NCBI RefSeq assembly: GCF_018350175.1
Contig: NC_058383.1
Coordinates: 30,010,001 to 30,074,000, forward strand
Reading direction: 5' to 3'
Length of the DNA: 64,000 nt
Source of the DNA: Felis catus
Taxonomy: Eukaryota
Positions within the stretch are counted from its first letter, which is position 1, and every line of letters starts with the position of its first letter. The position numbers and the translations under genes were made by a program. The notes beneath the pieces were generated by a model that saw only the letters and a program-made list of their open reading frames with translations, ran no database searches and was not told where the DNA came from. Positions 37,154-49,434 of this stretch are shown here, piece after piece.

Positions 37154-38522
37154 GATTTGATTTCTTTTTTAAATTTGCATCCAATTTGCAATAATGATTT
37201 CAGAAGTAGATTCCTTAATGCCCCTGACCCATTTACCCATCCCCCCTCCTACAACCCCTCCCATAACCCTCTGTTTGTTCTCCATATTTAATAGTCTCTT
37301 CTGTTTTGTCCCCCCTCCCTGTTTTTATATTATTTTTGCTTCCCTTTCCTTGTGTTCATCTGTTCTGTGTCTTAAAGTCCCCATATGAGTGAAGTCATAT
37401 GATATTTGTCTTTTTCTGACTAATTTCGCTTAGCATAATACCCTCCAGTTCCATCCACGTAGTGGCAAATGGCAAGATTTCATTCTTTTTGATTGCCAAG
37501 TAGTACTCCATTGTATATATATCCCACATCTTCTTTATCCACTCATCCATCCATGGACATTTGGGCTCTTTTCATACTTTAGCTCTTATTGATAGTGCTG
37601 GTATAAACATTGGGGTGCATGTGTCCCTTCGAAACAGCATCCCTGTATCCCTTGGATAAATACCTAGTAGTGCCATTGCTGGGTCATAGGGTAATTCTAT
37701 TTTTAATTTTTTAAGGAAACTCCATACTGTTTTCTAGAGTGGCTACACCAGTTTGCATCCTACCAACAGTGCAAAAGAGATCCTCTTTGTTTGCACCCTC
37801 ACCAACATCTGTTGTTGCTGGAGTTGTTAATGTTAGCCATTCTGATAGGTGTGAGGTGTATCTCATTATGATTTTGATTTGTATTTCCCGGAGGGTGAGT
37901 GACGTTGAGCATTTTTTCATGTGTCAGTGGCCGTGTGGATGTTCTTTGGAGAAGTGTCTGTTCATGTCTTTTGCCCATTTCTTTACTGGATTATTTGTTT
38001 TTTGGGTGTTGAATTTGAAAAGTTCTTTATAGATTTTGAATACTAACCCTTTATCTGATCTGTCATTTGCATATATCTTCTCCCATTTTGTCGGTTGCCT
38101 TTTAGCTTTGCTGATTGTTTCCTTTGCTGTGCAGAAGCTTTTTATTTTGATGAGTTCCCAATAGTTCATTTTTGCTTTTGTTTCCCTTGCCTCCAGAGAC
38201 GTGTTGAGTAAGAAGTTGCTGTGGCCAAGGTCAGGTTAGTTTTTGTCTGCTTTCTCCTTGAGGAGTTTGATGGCTTCCTGTCTTACATTTAGGTCTTTCA
38301 TCCATTTTGAGTTTATTTTTGTGTATGGTGTAGGAACGTGGTCCAGGTTCATTTTTCTTCATGTGACTGTCCAGTTTCCCAGCACCACTTGCTGAAGAGA
38401 CTGTCATTATTCCATTGGGTATTCTTTTCTGCTTTGTCATAGATGAGTTGGCCATACATTTGTGGGTCCATTTCTGGGTTCTCTTTTATGTTCCATTGAT
38501 CTGAGTGTCTGTTTTTATGCCA
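37153..38522 (-). mobile_element. Felid/carnivore LINE-1, 5'-truncated and more decayed than the 3.2-4.6 kb copy
   Basis: broken ORF2 pieces [32 protein letters not shown] and [14 protein letters not shown]; 3'UTR differs from the first copy. Confidence 0.93.
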
Positions 38523-38666
38523 TTCTTCTTCTTTATATCACTTCCTTTAATAGAGCTTTCTAACTACTTTTTTCTAGTCTAAGGGACCCTCCCCTGTGCT
38601 CCAGTGGTGTCCTGTGCTTATTGCTATCATGACACTAATTATACTGGATTGAAATCATCGGTTCTT

Positions 38667-38886
38667 GGGACACCTGGGTGGCTCAGTCAGTTGAGCACCC
38701 ACTTGGGCTCAGGTCATAATCTCACCATTCATGGGTTTGAGCCCTGCTTTGGGCTCTGTACTGACATCTCAGAGCCTGGAGTCTGCTTCGGATTCTGTGT
38801 CTCCCTCTCTTTATGACCCTCCCCTGCTTGCACTCTGTCTCTGTGTCTCTCTTTCTCAAAAATAAAATAAACATAATTTAAAAAAA
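38667..38886 (+). mobile_element. Can-SINE inserted in an L2 3' end
   Basis: GGGACACCTGGGTGGCTCAGTCAG head and A-rich tail. Confidence 0.92.
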
Positions 38887-39499
38887 TCAATTCTGGTTCT
38901 GTTTTCCAATTAGACGGTGGGCTCCTTGAGGAGAGGAAGATCTATTACTCATGTTTGTTTCCCTAGTGACCAGCCCAGAGCCTGATGCACAGTAGGTATT
39001 CAGTGAGTATTTGCCAAGACTCCTGGAATCATTACCAGTACAGCACAGGAGAAGGATTAAAAGAAAAAAAATCCAAAAGGGCTTGTGGCTGAGGAACAAG
39101 CAGGTGAGGAAAGAAAAAGGTGGGCTAGGTGGGATAGCAGAGGCAGTCTAAACAGTCCTGACCCCTGGGTTTCTCCTTTCAAACCCTGGGAAATTCAGTC
39201 TACCATAGCATGAGCTTTGGGTTATAATGATTGAGTTTGAACTTTAGAATTCTTTAAGCCCTTTAATAATGAAGGCAAATACTCTGTGTATCTGGCCATG
39301 TGTGTGTAATTTTTTATACTCTTTTTTCCTCTGCACCTGTGGATTCCATGAGCGACCATGACTGTTTGGCCACTCATAATTCTCCTGAAACTCACACGTA
39401 TTTGTTGAATGAATGAATAAATACACTATAAATGAATGTTATGGTCCAGCCTTGTGCCCTTTGGCAAGGTATATAATCATTGTCATATATAATCTCTCC

Positions 39500-40370
39500 T
39501 TCTTTCCCTCTCTCTCTATTTCTCTCTCTTTCTCTCTGAGGCCTTGGCCAGAATCCCAAGAGCAATTCTTGGTTTTTCTCTCTCATAGCTCATAGCCAGC
39601 CCATGTGTGGGCTCTGCAAACTCTACCTCCAAGACACATTCTAGTTTCTTCTCCATCATCCCTCATCTTTACTGTCACCGTATCCAAGCTGAGTCTGTCC
39701 ACCATCTCAATGGTTGCAAACCTTCCGAATTAACTTTCTTACTTTATTCCCTCTTCATCCCCTATCATGTACTCACTAAGGAATATCTAGATGAGTTTTG
39801 TAAATTCATAAATCAAGCCAAAGCACTCTCTTGCTTAAAAATCCTCCAGTTAGCAGCCACTGCATCTGGAATGGAATAACAACTCCTGACCTTGGTTCAC
39901 CAAGTCGTTCCTGACTTTTCCTGAAGGCTCCTCCCAGTGCCTGGAGCCTCATTTCCTCCAGCCTTGCCCTCTCCTCCTCCAGCCACTCTGGCTCATTTTG
40001 TTTGCTTTTAGTTGTTGCTCTTCTTTAAGCACCTCTGCCTTCAGTGCCCTGATTTTCACAAGACTGTCCCACTATTGTCATTCAGATTTCACCTTAAACA
40101 GCTCCTCAGAGACACAACCTCCCCTACAATGATCTGATCTAGGGTAACCCAATGTTCTGCCTTTGTCACATTGTATGTTTTCATGATCCTCAGAGATCTG
40201 TTCATAGCCTCGTATTTTAACTTAATTAATTCACTTAATTGTTGCATGTCTCCTTCACCAGAATGTAAATTCCGTGGGTGGAAAATACCTTGTAGAATTC
40301 ATGGCAACGCCCATGGTTCCTAGAACAGTTCTAATCCATAAATCGAATAATCCATAAATATTGGTTAACT
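39500..40370 (+). mobile_element. L2 3' region
   Basis: CTCTACCTCCAAGA..TGCTTAAAATCCTCCAGT..CTCCAGCCACTCTGGC..CACCAGAATGTAAATTCC. Confidence 0.7.
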
Positions 40371-40754
40371 ATATATATTAACCTCTACATTTTAGTGCAG
40401 TTTTGAAAATTAAATGAGATAATTCATGTGAAGCACTTAGCCCAGTGTCTGACACATAAATCACATGCGATCAGTGCAGTGATGTAATTATTACTTAGCC
40501 TTATGGAAAAAATTCCCGCCTTTTGGTTTCTGTTTCCACATCGATTCTGTCTAGCCCTTTAGAAGTTGGGGTGGGGAAGTTCTCCAAGCAGAACTGACCT
40601 GTTTTTGTTTTATATGTTTGGGTAATGGTACAGACCAAAACTGTTCCCTACGGAGGGAAGGCACAGAGTGAGAGGTCAAGATTATGCTCAGTTGCAAGCA
40701 ACAGAAATTACCCTACCTTAAACAGGTAAGGCGTTTTTCTTGTAACATAGCAAG

Positions 40755-41590
40755 ATCTGAATAGGGGTACCCCTTGAATATTGGGCTCCACACTGATTAG
40801 CACATGTATGTGAATAAACTACCAGATGTGAGGGAAGGAACCTCCTGAAAAGATTAGTGGTGGCCGGTGCTAATTGCTGACACAGGGCTGGGAGTAGTGC
40901 CTCTTCCAACTTCTGATTTATGAGGCACTGGGTTGAATACACAGAAGGATCTTGCCTCACAATGGTGAATTATTAGCCCAAAGCGGAGCACTACTCTGTT
41001 CCTGCCTAACATCCAAAAAGCAAGATCTGAAAGATAAAACTTTTCCAAGGGACTCAACTGTGTCGCATAAGAAAGCTCAAGAATGTTTATAGGAATCCAT
41101 AGATATTCAGCACCCAAGAAGACATAACTCACAATGCCAGACGTCCAATAAAAAAAATTAACAGGCAGAAAAATACAACCCATACGAGGAGATGAATTAA
41201 TTAATCAAAACTGACCCAGAGCTGGCACAGATACTAGAATTAGCATACAAGAATGTTAAATAAGTTCTGACTGCATTTAAAATATTCAAAACTTAAACAG
41301 ATATATGGAATGAATATATATAAAAGGCTCCAAGTGACATTCTTGATATGAAAACTGCAATGTGTGAGATTAAAAAAAAAACACTAGGTAGGATTCACAG
41401 AAGATTAGATATGACAGCAGCAAAGACTACTGGACTTGAAGACAGCAATAGAAACTATCCAAAATGAAATACAAAGAGATAAGAGAATTTTAAAATATTA
41501 ACAGAGACTCAGGAGCTCTAAGGTGAATTCAAACAGTGAAAGTTGTATGTAATTGGATTCCCCAAAGAGGGGCAGAAAAATACTTGAACA
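40755..41590 (+). mobile_element. Old L1M 5'/ORF1-start fragment
   Basis: A-rich; GATACTAGAATTAGCA..ACTTGAAGACAGCAATAGAAACTATCCAAAATGAAA; resembles the reverse complement of 12640-13100. Confidence 0.75.
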
Positions 41591-42162
41591 AGGGTCACAG
41601 AGTCAAGATTTCAGAGCTAGTTTAAATAATATAGTAAAAATTTAGAATTGGAATAAACAAGGGTAGGAGACGTTGCTTCACTTTTTCGCATTTCTAGACC
41701 AGCACGAATATGTTTTATGGATCAGTGAGCCCATTTAAAGAGTCAGGAGTATGACATAGAAGCAGAACACCTAGATCCCTTTGGCTTTGGAAGAGTTTGG
41801 TCCATATCTCCTCCAGTCAAATCAAACAGCCCCCTCTGGGCCATCTCATTTTGCAGAAATAAGACATTTTTTATGCAGGGCTTGGGTCACTCACCAGACG
41901 ATATCTTCACTTGTCTTTTGGATTCTCTATTAGCTATACTAAGAAACACAGGCAACAATTCGATCTTTCTTTATCTTCTCCTTGTTTCTCTTTTTTTTTT
42001 TTTTTTTTTTGCTATAACACTAGCTGACCCATATTAGATATCCTGTGTAAGGAAGATCCTAGAAATTACAGCCACCTTTTGCTTCTCTGTGGCTGTATTC
42101 TCCAAGGCAGTTGGATTGTTCAAGGTAGGCTAGGCTTTGCTGTGATAAAAAGCAAAGCCTCA

Positions 42163-42384
42163 GGGCACCTGGGGGCTCAGTCGGTTAAGCGTCGGGCTTC
42201 GGCTCATGTCATGATCTCGTGATTCATGGGTTCGAGCCCCATGTCAAACTCTGTGCTGACAGCTCAGAGCCTGGAGCCTGCTTGGGATTCTGTGTCTCCC
42301 TCTCTGTCTCCCCTTCCCCTGTTCATGCTCTGTCTCTCTCTATCTCTCAAGAATAAATAAACTTAAAAATTTTTTTTAAAAAAA
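42163..42384 (+). mobile_element. Can-SINE inserted in a MaLR LTR (MLT1I/J-like, ~42115-42735)
   Basis: SINE head; approximate TSD AAAGCCTCA/AAGGCCTCA. Confidence 0.92.
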
Positions 42385-42820
42385 GGCCTCAAATCCCAGT
42401 GGATTGACAGGTGAAATCTGACTTACTCTTCACCCCAAATCCATGGCACATCAGCTCACTGGGGCAGTTCCCCCCAAGGCCACACAGGAGTCCAGTCTGC
42501 TCCTTTCTTGTGGCCTTCTCAGTAGGTGCCACTCTATACCATACTCAGTATGTCTAGAGAGGAATGGAAAGTTTGACAGACACTCTTACTGCCTCGGCTT
42601 GGAAGTGGCATACACAAGTCTACTCTTAGGCTACTGACCAGCATTAATCACTGCAAGGCAGCTGGAAATGTAGTCTTTTATATTCCCAGTGGGGGGCAGA
42701 TGAGGTGAACCAGAAAAGCAGTAATAATTTCCAACAAGTGTTTGTTAAATTATGCACATAGAATATAAGTGGTTTGGATGTAAATAACTTAGAGTTCTAA
42801 TTCTTTTTAGGATTATATGG

Positions 42821-43311
42821 GGTAGCAGGTTCTGTGATTACCATGCCACGCCCCTTTAGCCCTCCTGATTTTAGCACCACTGTGCTGGACAGTTCCATCC
42901 CCCATTGTCACTGTCCCATATTAAGGGTCATGATGTCTCTCTATTGCGCTTTTCCCAAAGCTGAGGAAGTCTTGTCAACTGACCAACTCAGAAGTACATG
43001 AAGGTAGTCCCTTAGGGCAACTCTCAAACAATAAGGGAATAAGTCAGTAGATACATGTCTAAGCTTTTCTATCCTTCAACAGGACAATGCTGCAATGCAT
43101 TTTACATGGATCTTTAGGGAGTCCCCAGCAAGACTAAACTCCAGTCGGCAATAGCAGTAACAAGTTCATGACTACTCTTCATTGGCTTTCTTCCCTGTCC
43201 TGCTTTGCTTTTCACGCTGTCTCACTTCTATTCCCTGAAATCTCTCAGTAAGCAAACTTTTCTCAAGTCTTTGTCTTAGGGTCACCTTTAGGGAGAAACA
43301 AAACTAAAACC
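42821..43311 (+). mobile_element. ERVL solo LTR (LTR16-like)
   Basis: GTAGCAGG start; GGAGTCCCCAGC..CTCCAGT; end CTCAAGTCTTTGTCTTAGGGTC..GGGAGAAACAAAACTAAAAC. Confidence 0.7.
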
Positions 43312-43534
43312 TGTGGAAAGATAAATTGGAAAAGATTGGGCTAACTAGTTGACCGTGTTTTTGGAAACAGGCCTTTCAGCGCTTTAATACAAAAATTTGC
43401 CTTATGACTCCTCAAGAGTGGATTCAGATGAGAGCTTTTGAAACATGAGTTGTCACCTTCTATTCCCAAAGCAGCCTGGTGAATTAGCACTCCATGAAAC
43501 ACATGTTAAGGATGCTTGGTATAAAGTTTTTATG

Positions 43535-43758
43535 ATTTTATTTTATTTTATTTGTTATTTTTTTTAATGTTTATTCATTTTTGAGAAAGAGATATAGTGT
43601 GAGTCAGGGAGGGGCAGAGAGAGAGACAGAATCCGAAGCAGGCTCCAAGCTCTGGGCTGTCAGCACTGAGACCAACGCAGGGCTCGAACTCACGAATGGT
43701 GAGATCATGACCTGAACTGAAGTCAGAGGTTCAACCGACTAAATCACCCAGGGCCCCC
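43535..43758 (-). mobile_element. Can-SINE
   Basis: reverse SINE body and T-rich tail. Confidence 0.92.
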
Positions 43759-43872
43759 AACAACTTTTTAATTTTTAAGTAAAGAAAAATATTAAAAAAT
43801 TTAAAGATATAGAAGAGTTAGCAGAGAAGGGAAGCAAAGGGATTTTAAAATGTATCAAAACATGAATACCTC

Positions 43873-44089
43873 ATTTTTTTTTCAACGTTTATTTATTTTG
43901 GGGACAGAGAGAGACAGAGCATGAGCGGGGGAGGAGCAGAGAGAGAGGGAGACACAGAATCGGAAACAGGATCCAGGCTCTGAGCCATCCATCAGCCCAG
44001 AGCCCGACGCGGGGCTCGAACTCACGGACCGCGAGATCGTGACCTGGCTGAAGTCGGACGCTCAACCGACTGCGCCACCCAGGCGCCCC
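43873..44089 (-). mobile_element. Young, CpG-rich Can-SINE (SINEC_Fc)
   Basis: reverse GGGGCGCCTGGGTGGCGCAGTCGG; TSD TGAATACYTCATTTT at 43863-43877 and 44090-44104. Confidence 0.96.
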
Positions 44090-45457
44090 TGAATACTTCA
44101 TTTTGTACCACCACCAAGGAAAAATAAAATGGCTACAATGCTGGCACCTTGCCCCAAGAAAGAGATGTCCAGCGACAGGTCCCAAGGTGGGGGCATAAAG
44201 TGGCCAGACATTCCTGCAACTGGAAAACCTGCAACTTCCATTGGAGGATGGAACTCTGTGCTTTTTAGTTGAAAATAGCACCCCCTTTTAATTACTGTGC
44301 TGAATGGTGAAATTAAACCCAGCAGGTAGGTAGCTCCTATACAGATTTCTGGGGCTATCTCATGCTCTGGTTAATTGTGTCAGTCTGTAGAGGCTGATTA
44401 GCATAATTAATCTTGCCCTGTGATTACCCTGAGGAGGAAGAAGTTCTGAATTTACAGGTGGGATGTGGTGAATGAGTGACTGCGCTTATCTCCAAGTGAC
44501 AAATAAGTGTGGGATTGGAAGGTTTGAGAAGCACAAAGTCATTTGGGTGAGCCTGAAATCAGGTTTGTGGGAGAGGACAAGAGAGGAGAGGGGAGGAGAG
44601 ACCGTTTGCACAGATGGAAGCCCAAGGGCTGCCGTGTGTCCATGAACCTTTATATAGGTGCAGAGGCCCAGGTCTCTTCTCTCTGCTAGAAGCTTCTTGA
44701 GGACCACATCTTTGTCTCCTGCATTTCCTTGAGTTCTCTCATCACTTGCTACAGGGATGGGCCTCCTGTTGATTTGGGGTAGAATATGATATTTAGGATA
44801 AGATGGGGAAAGCAAATAAAGAAGAATAGGATGGAATGAGAGGCAGAAATGGAAGTATTCCATTAGAAAAGATGGAGGAAGGTAGGTGGTTAGATAGATG
44901 GGTGAAGAAGATGGAGAAGAAGCTGGAAAGATGTACTGGTCTGTGGCACTGAGCAGGCGGCAGGCTCTGCTGTAAAGTAGCCCCCAAACTACTTTATACA
45001 TGATGACTTTTTAAAATCACAACTCACTATAGCCATTGGTTCTTAATTTACAGGTGCATAAGGGTCACCTGTAATCTTCACATGGGAGCTAGGAATCTGC
45101 ATTGTTAAGTGGCTCAGCTGATCCCCGTGCACTTGGTCCCAGGACTGCACTTTGAGAAATGTTCTTTACTGAATGAATGAGTGAATGAATGAGTGGATAA
45201 AGAAATGTACCATTGGAGGCATTATTATTCAAATAATCATTTTAGGAGGATAGAGACTGAGGAACAGAGCCAGGGAGTAGCTTGTTCAAGCTCACAGGTA
45301 ATAATAGAGGGGCCACACGCCCCTTTTTTGCCCTCCTTACTGTGGGAGATGTTTCAGGAAAGTTCTAAAAGGGATCCTCTCTGCATTCCCAACCATTTCC
45401 TTACATCAGAAAAGGAGGAAGAGGCTCAAAGAGGATGTACCCATTTTGAATAATATC

Positions 45458-45807
45458 TTCATTCATTCACCCAATACTTTAAGCAATTATTCTGTGCCAG
45501 ACATTGAGGTTGTAATAATGAGTCAAAAAAAGAGACACGATTCCAACCTTTTCAGAGTTCACAGCTTAGAATAGATAAGCATTAATGAGAATAATCTCAC
45601 AAATACAACCTTTTAAACAGCTCCAAATATTTTTCACAAATACAATTTTATGGTGTTAAAAGAAGATATAACAGAGGAGCCTGACCTGGCCTTATGAGTC
45701 ACAGAAGGATTCCTGTTTGAGTGAGTTAGTGTCTTAAGCATGGGTATGAGTTAACGGAGTGAATAGGGTGGGAGGAAAAAGCATGTGTAAAATTCTAGAG
45801 GTAGAGG
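45458..45807 (-). mobile_element. L2 3' region (host of LTR copy 2)
   Basis: TTCATTCATTCA..TGTGCCAGACATTG..GAGTTCACAG. Confidence 0.7.
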
Positions 45808-46540
45808 TGATGAGGGAGCTTGAGGCAGGCTGAAAGCGAAATATAAGCTAGTATACCCCTCCTCTCCCACCCCCCAGTGGGAGACATGTGATATTCCTCA
45901 GGCATTCCTAGCTGCCCAAAGAAGAAGGAGAGGAAAGAAAACAAATGACTAACTGATGGAGATCACAGTCGTACAGGACAGGGCTATCCATCAGTTTGCA
46001 AATGTCTTGGCAAATTACAAGAAAAAGGCAATCTTCTCAATAGCCTAATCTCCAGAAACCTGTAGACTCAGTTTCCTGGAGCCCCGACATCACCCCTCTG
46101 TAGCGATGTGGGGAAAAACAGCAAGAGGGAAATGGCAGGTAAAATGAAATTTCCTCAAACCTGCAGCCCGTTGCCAAATAACTTGAGGCAAATACAGAGT
46201 ATAACATTTCTCCAGGAATCCCCTACCGTCCTCATGTTAATGCCTTACTAGAGGGAAAACAACCTTAGCTGGACAATAGCAAGGCCTCAGGAATCTTAGG
46301 AGTCCTCTTTAGCACATCCAAGTCCTTCTGGAGGCCTCTTATTTGTCTTTACCCATCCCCCCCCCACACACTCCGTAGTTGAAAACCAGCCATCCTTCAC
46401 AACCCCGATACAGCTTTTACTGCCCATGGTCCTGTCTCCATGCTTTAATAAAATCACCTTTTTGCACCAGAGACATCTTTAAGAATTCTTTCTTGGCCAT
46501 TAGCTGGGGACCACCCCACCATCACCCCAAAACCTCATCA
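45808..46540 (+). mobile_element. Solo LTR of the carnivore ERV family, copy 2 (long variant, 733 bp)
   Basis: TGATGA...TCATCA termini; AATAAA at 46447-46452; reverse-complement homology to the other three copies. Confidence 0.87.
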
Positions 46541-47183
46541 CAGAGTGGTGGGGTCCCAAAAAACTGGGAAGATTTAACTAGGTGGTGGTATCCTTACAGC
46601 TGCATTTGTTGGGAACCAGAGTATGATCTGGGCCCTTGGACAAATCACGTCTTCAGCTAAGAAGGATGAAGCCCTATCCATTGTTTGGTGGTGGGGAAAG
46701 GCAAAACTATCTCCAGGCAAGTCTATTTGTGGGAGAAATTAAATAAGAGAAGGAGAACCTCAGAGATCAGAAGCTGGTCTGGGTCATAAGGAGGGTTTAG
46801 GAGAAGAGATTTAGAAATAAGCTTGGGAACAAAGTGAGGGTGTTGGATATCTACTTTATTTGATACTGACCGCAAAATCCAGGGGCTTCCAGGAGGCTGT
46901 GGGATTAAACAGCTTTTGAAAAGCTCACCATAAAGGAGGGCAGAAAGAAATTGCCCCCAGTCCCATTGTCCCTTATGATAAAAACATCTGCTTTTCTGCC
47001 CAGAGCCTGCAGGTCGTATTGGCTAGTTAATTCATGCATGAATGCTAAGCACCTGGTACATGTCCTGCGTTGGGCTGGGAACTGGTTATATGGAAATGTA
47101 CAAAAAGATAAGCTCAGTTCCTGCTCTCTGGAAATGGAAATGGGAAAGACTCCCTTTAGGTAAATAATTACAGATGTGATCAG

Positions 47184-47703
47184 TGATGAAGTTTTGGGGT
47201 GATGGTGGGGTTTTTGGGGTTTGGAGCTGATGGCCACAAAAGAATTCTTAGAGATGCATTTGGTACAAAAAGATGATTTTATTGAAGCATGGGGACAGGA
47301 CCAGCACTTCAAGTGTTGGGGAGGGGTGACCCTTTTATGGAGTCAGGGAGATAAGGTCAAGAGGGAGTTTCCAAAGAGACTCTCACACGCTAAAGACTTA
47401 CTGGACAAAGACTTACTGGACACCTAGCTATCGTCACGCTAAGGTTTTTTTTTCCCCCTAGCAAAGCATTAACATTAAGATAGTAGGAAGTTCCTGGACT
47501 TTATGCCATTGACGGGATTGCCACTTACTTGTAAACTGATGGAGACTCTCATTTGGTTTTTTGTTGTTGTTGTTCTTTCCTGTTTTGGGGTAGCTGGGAG
47601 TGTCTAAGGAATATCACACATATCCCAACTGGTAGGGGTGGGGGGTAGAGTGCAGCGTGCTAGCTTGTGCTTTGTCCTCAGCTTGCCTCGTGCTCCCTCA
47701 TCA
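47184..47703 (-). mobile_element. Solo LTR of the carnivore ERV family, copy 3 (520 bp), inserted in an L2
   Basis: TGATGA...TCATCA termini; TSD ATCAG/ATCAA; internal 15-bp tandem duplication AAAGACTTACTGGAC. Confidence 0.87.
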
Positions 47704-48915
47704 ATCAATATGATGAACAAATAGTACAGGAACCTATGAGAGTTCACCTAGTCTGAGAAGTCAGTGGTCAAGGGCAGGTGCTTGGAGGACATGCTGTTTA
47801 AACTGATGTGTAAAGCAAGGAGGGGCAGGTGAGTGAAAAATGACGGATAGGGTGGGGGTAGGTCATTGACCGGTGCATAAATGCCTAGACCCTGTGATAG
47901 TAGCTACTGGGAACAGTACAGGCCAAGGACAGGACATGTGTGGCAGAAGAGGAGGGGTCCATGGAAAGAATAAGTCAAATAGGTCACAGCGAGTGAGTTT
48001 CAGCCATGGTCCAGGGAGTGAGTTTCTTCCAAAAGAAATGGGTGCATACTGAGAGATGTACAGCAGAGAATGGCAAGATCTGGCATAGTTTCTATTCTCG
48101 ATGGTGCTACATCCCGGCAGAACCGAGATAGAGATTCTTGTTCCAGCCACTCTGTGTGTCACCTCAAGGGGATGGGAAGTATGTAGCCCCTGTCAGAGGG
48201 AAGAAAACACCCAGGTGTTTGGCCTCTAACTTGGCTGTGTGATTCTGAGGATGTCGTGCCCCCTCTGTACACGAGACCCCAAGAATCTGGGCTCAGCACA
48301 CAGTAAATATTTGTTGAATCACGAGATAAATATGCTTGCTTTCCAGCCATGAGCTTTCTCTTGAGTGGAGCTATTTTTCCCTCTTGAAAAAGTCCTCTTG
48401 AAATACGAGCACATCATTTAAAAATGAGATCTCGCTGGAGATTGAGATGTTCCAATATTAGATGAGAAGGGGAATGAAACCACATCCATTTAAAATCTGA
48501 CAGAGGAACAGGGAGAATAAAACCCTTTCGGTCTGTGGCAGGACTGAGATGGGTCTTGGTGTGATATGAGTTGCCATTAAGTTTCTCAGTTCTTGTGAAG
48601 AGAGAGAAAACACCTCAAGAATAGCGATGTGTATAACAGGCGAATTTCGGAAGCATTCAGACACGCATTTGGTGTGCAGGTCTTCCTTTCTGAACTGTTT
48701 TCACTTTTCAATCGAGGGACACTTCTGGTGCAGGCAAATGAACCTGGTGTTAAGTGAATAGGGAAGAAAGCAAGGAACACAGCTGGGGACCCAAGATTCC
48801 ATGCGGGAGTGGAAGAAGGTGAAATGAGACAAGCCCGACATCCTGCTGGCCCCTTGGCTTCATCCAGCAGGGCAGCCTCTAGACAATATCAGTAGAGATC
48901 CATTCTTTGAATAAA

Positions 48916-49133
48916 AGGGTTGGTAATTTTTTTCAGTTAAGGTTCAGATAGTAAATCATTTAGGCTTCTGCGCCAGACAGTGCCTGTTATTACTCGCCGA
49001 CCCTGTAGCTGTAGAGCGAACACAGTCATGGATGATACCTTCATAAATGGTTTGCCTCTGTTTTCAATGAAACTACTTATAAAAACAGGCAGTGGCCCAT
49101 ATTGGACCCATGAGCTGTAGTTTGTTGACTCTT
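48916..49133. mobile_element. MER58A-like hAT MITE
   Basis: CAGATAGTAAATCATTTAGGCTT..AAAAACAGGCAGTGGCCC..GCTGTAGTTTGTTGACTC. Confidence 0.8.
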
Positions 49134-49434
49134 ATTCGAAGTAATTTCTGTGGCTTCTGAATTTACAGAATTCAGTAAATTCTGATGTCTTCCCAAGAGG
49201 CAGAGGGGAAAGAGAAATGGGTGTGGATACAGAGAGTCATGGTGTTGAATCTGGCTCCACTTTTACAGACTTATGACCTTGAGATAAATGACTCTCCTTG
49301 CCAAAGGCTGTGTGGTGAACTTTGGCTGTACTTGCTGTCTAGCATCATTTCCTCTTTCTTTTGATTGTTATAGATTATTATAGATTGTGAAGAGGAGGGA
49401 TCTACCTCTCTTCTACCCTTACCCCAGGTGGTTC

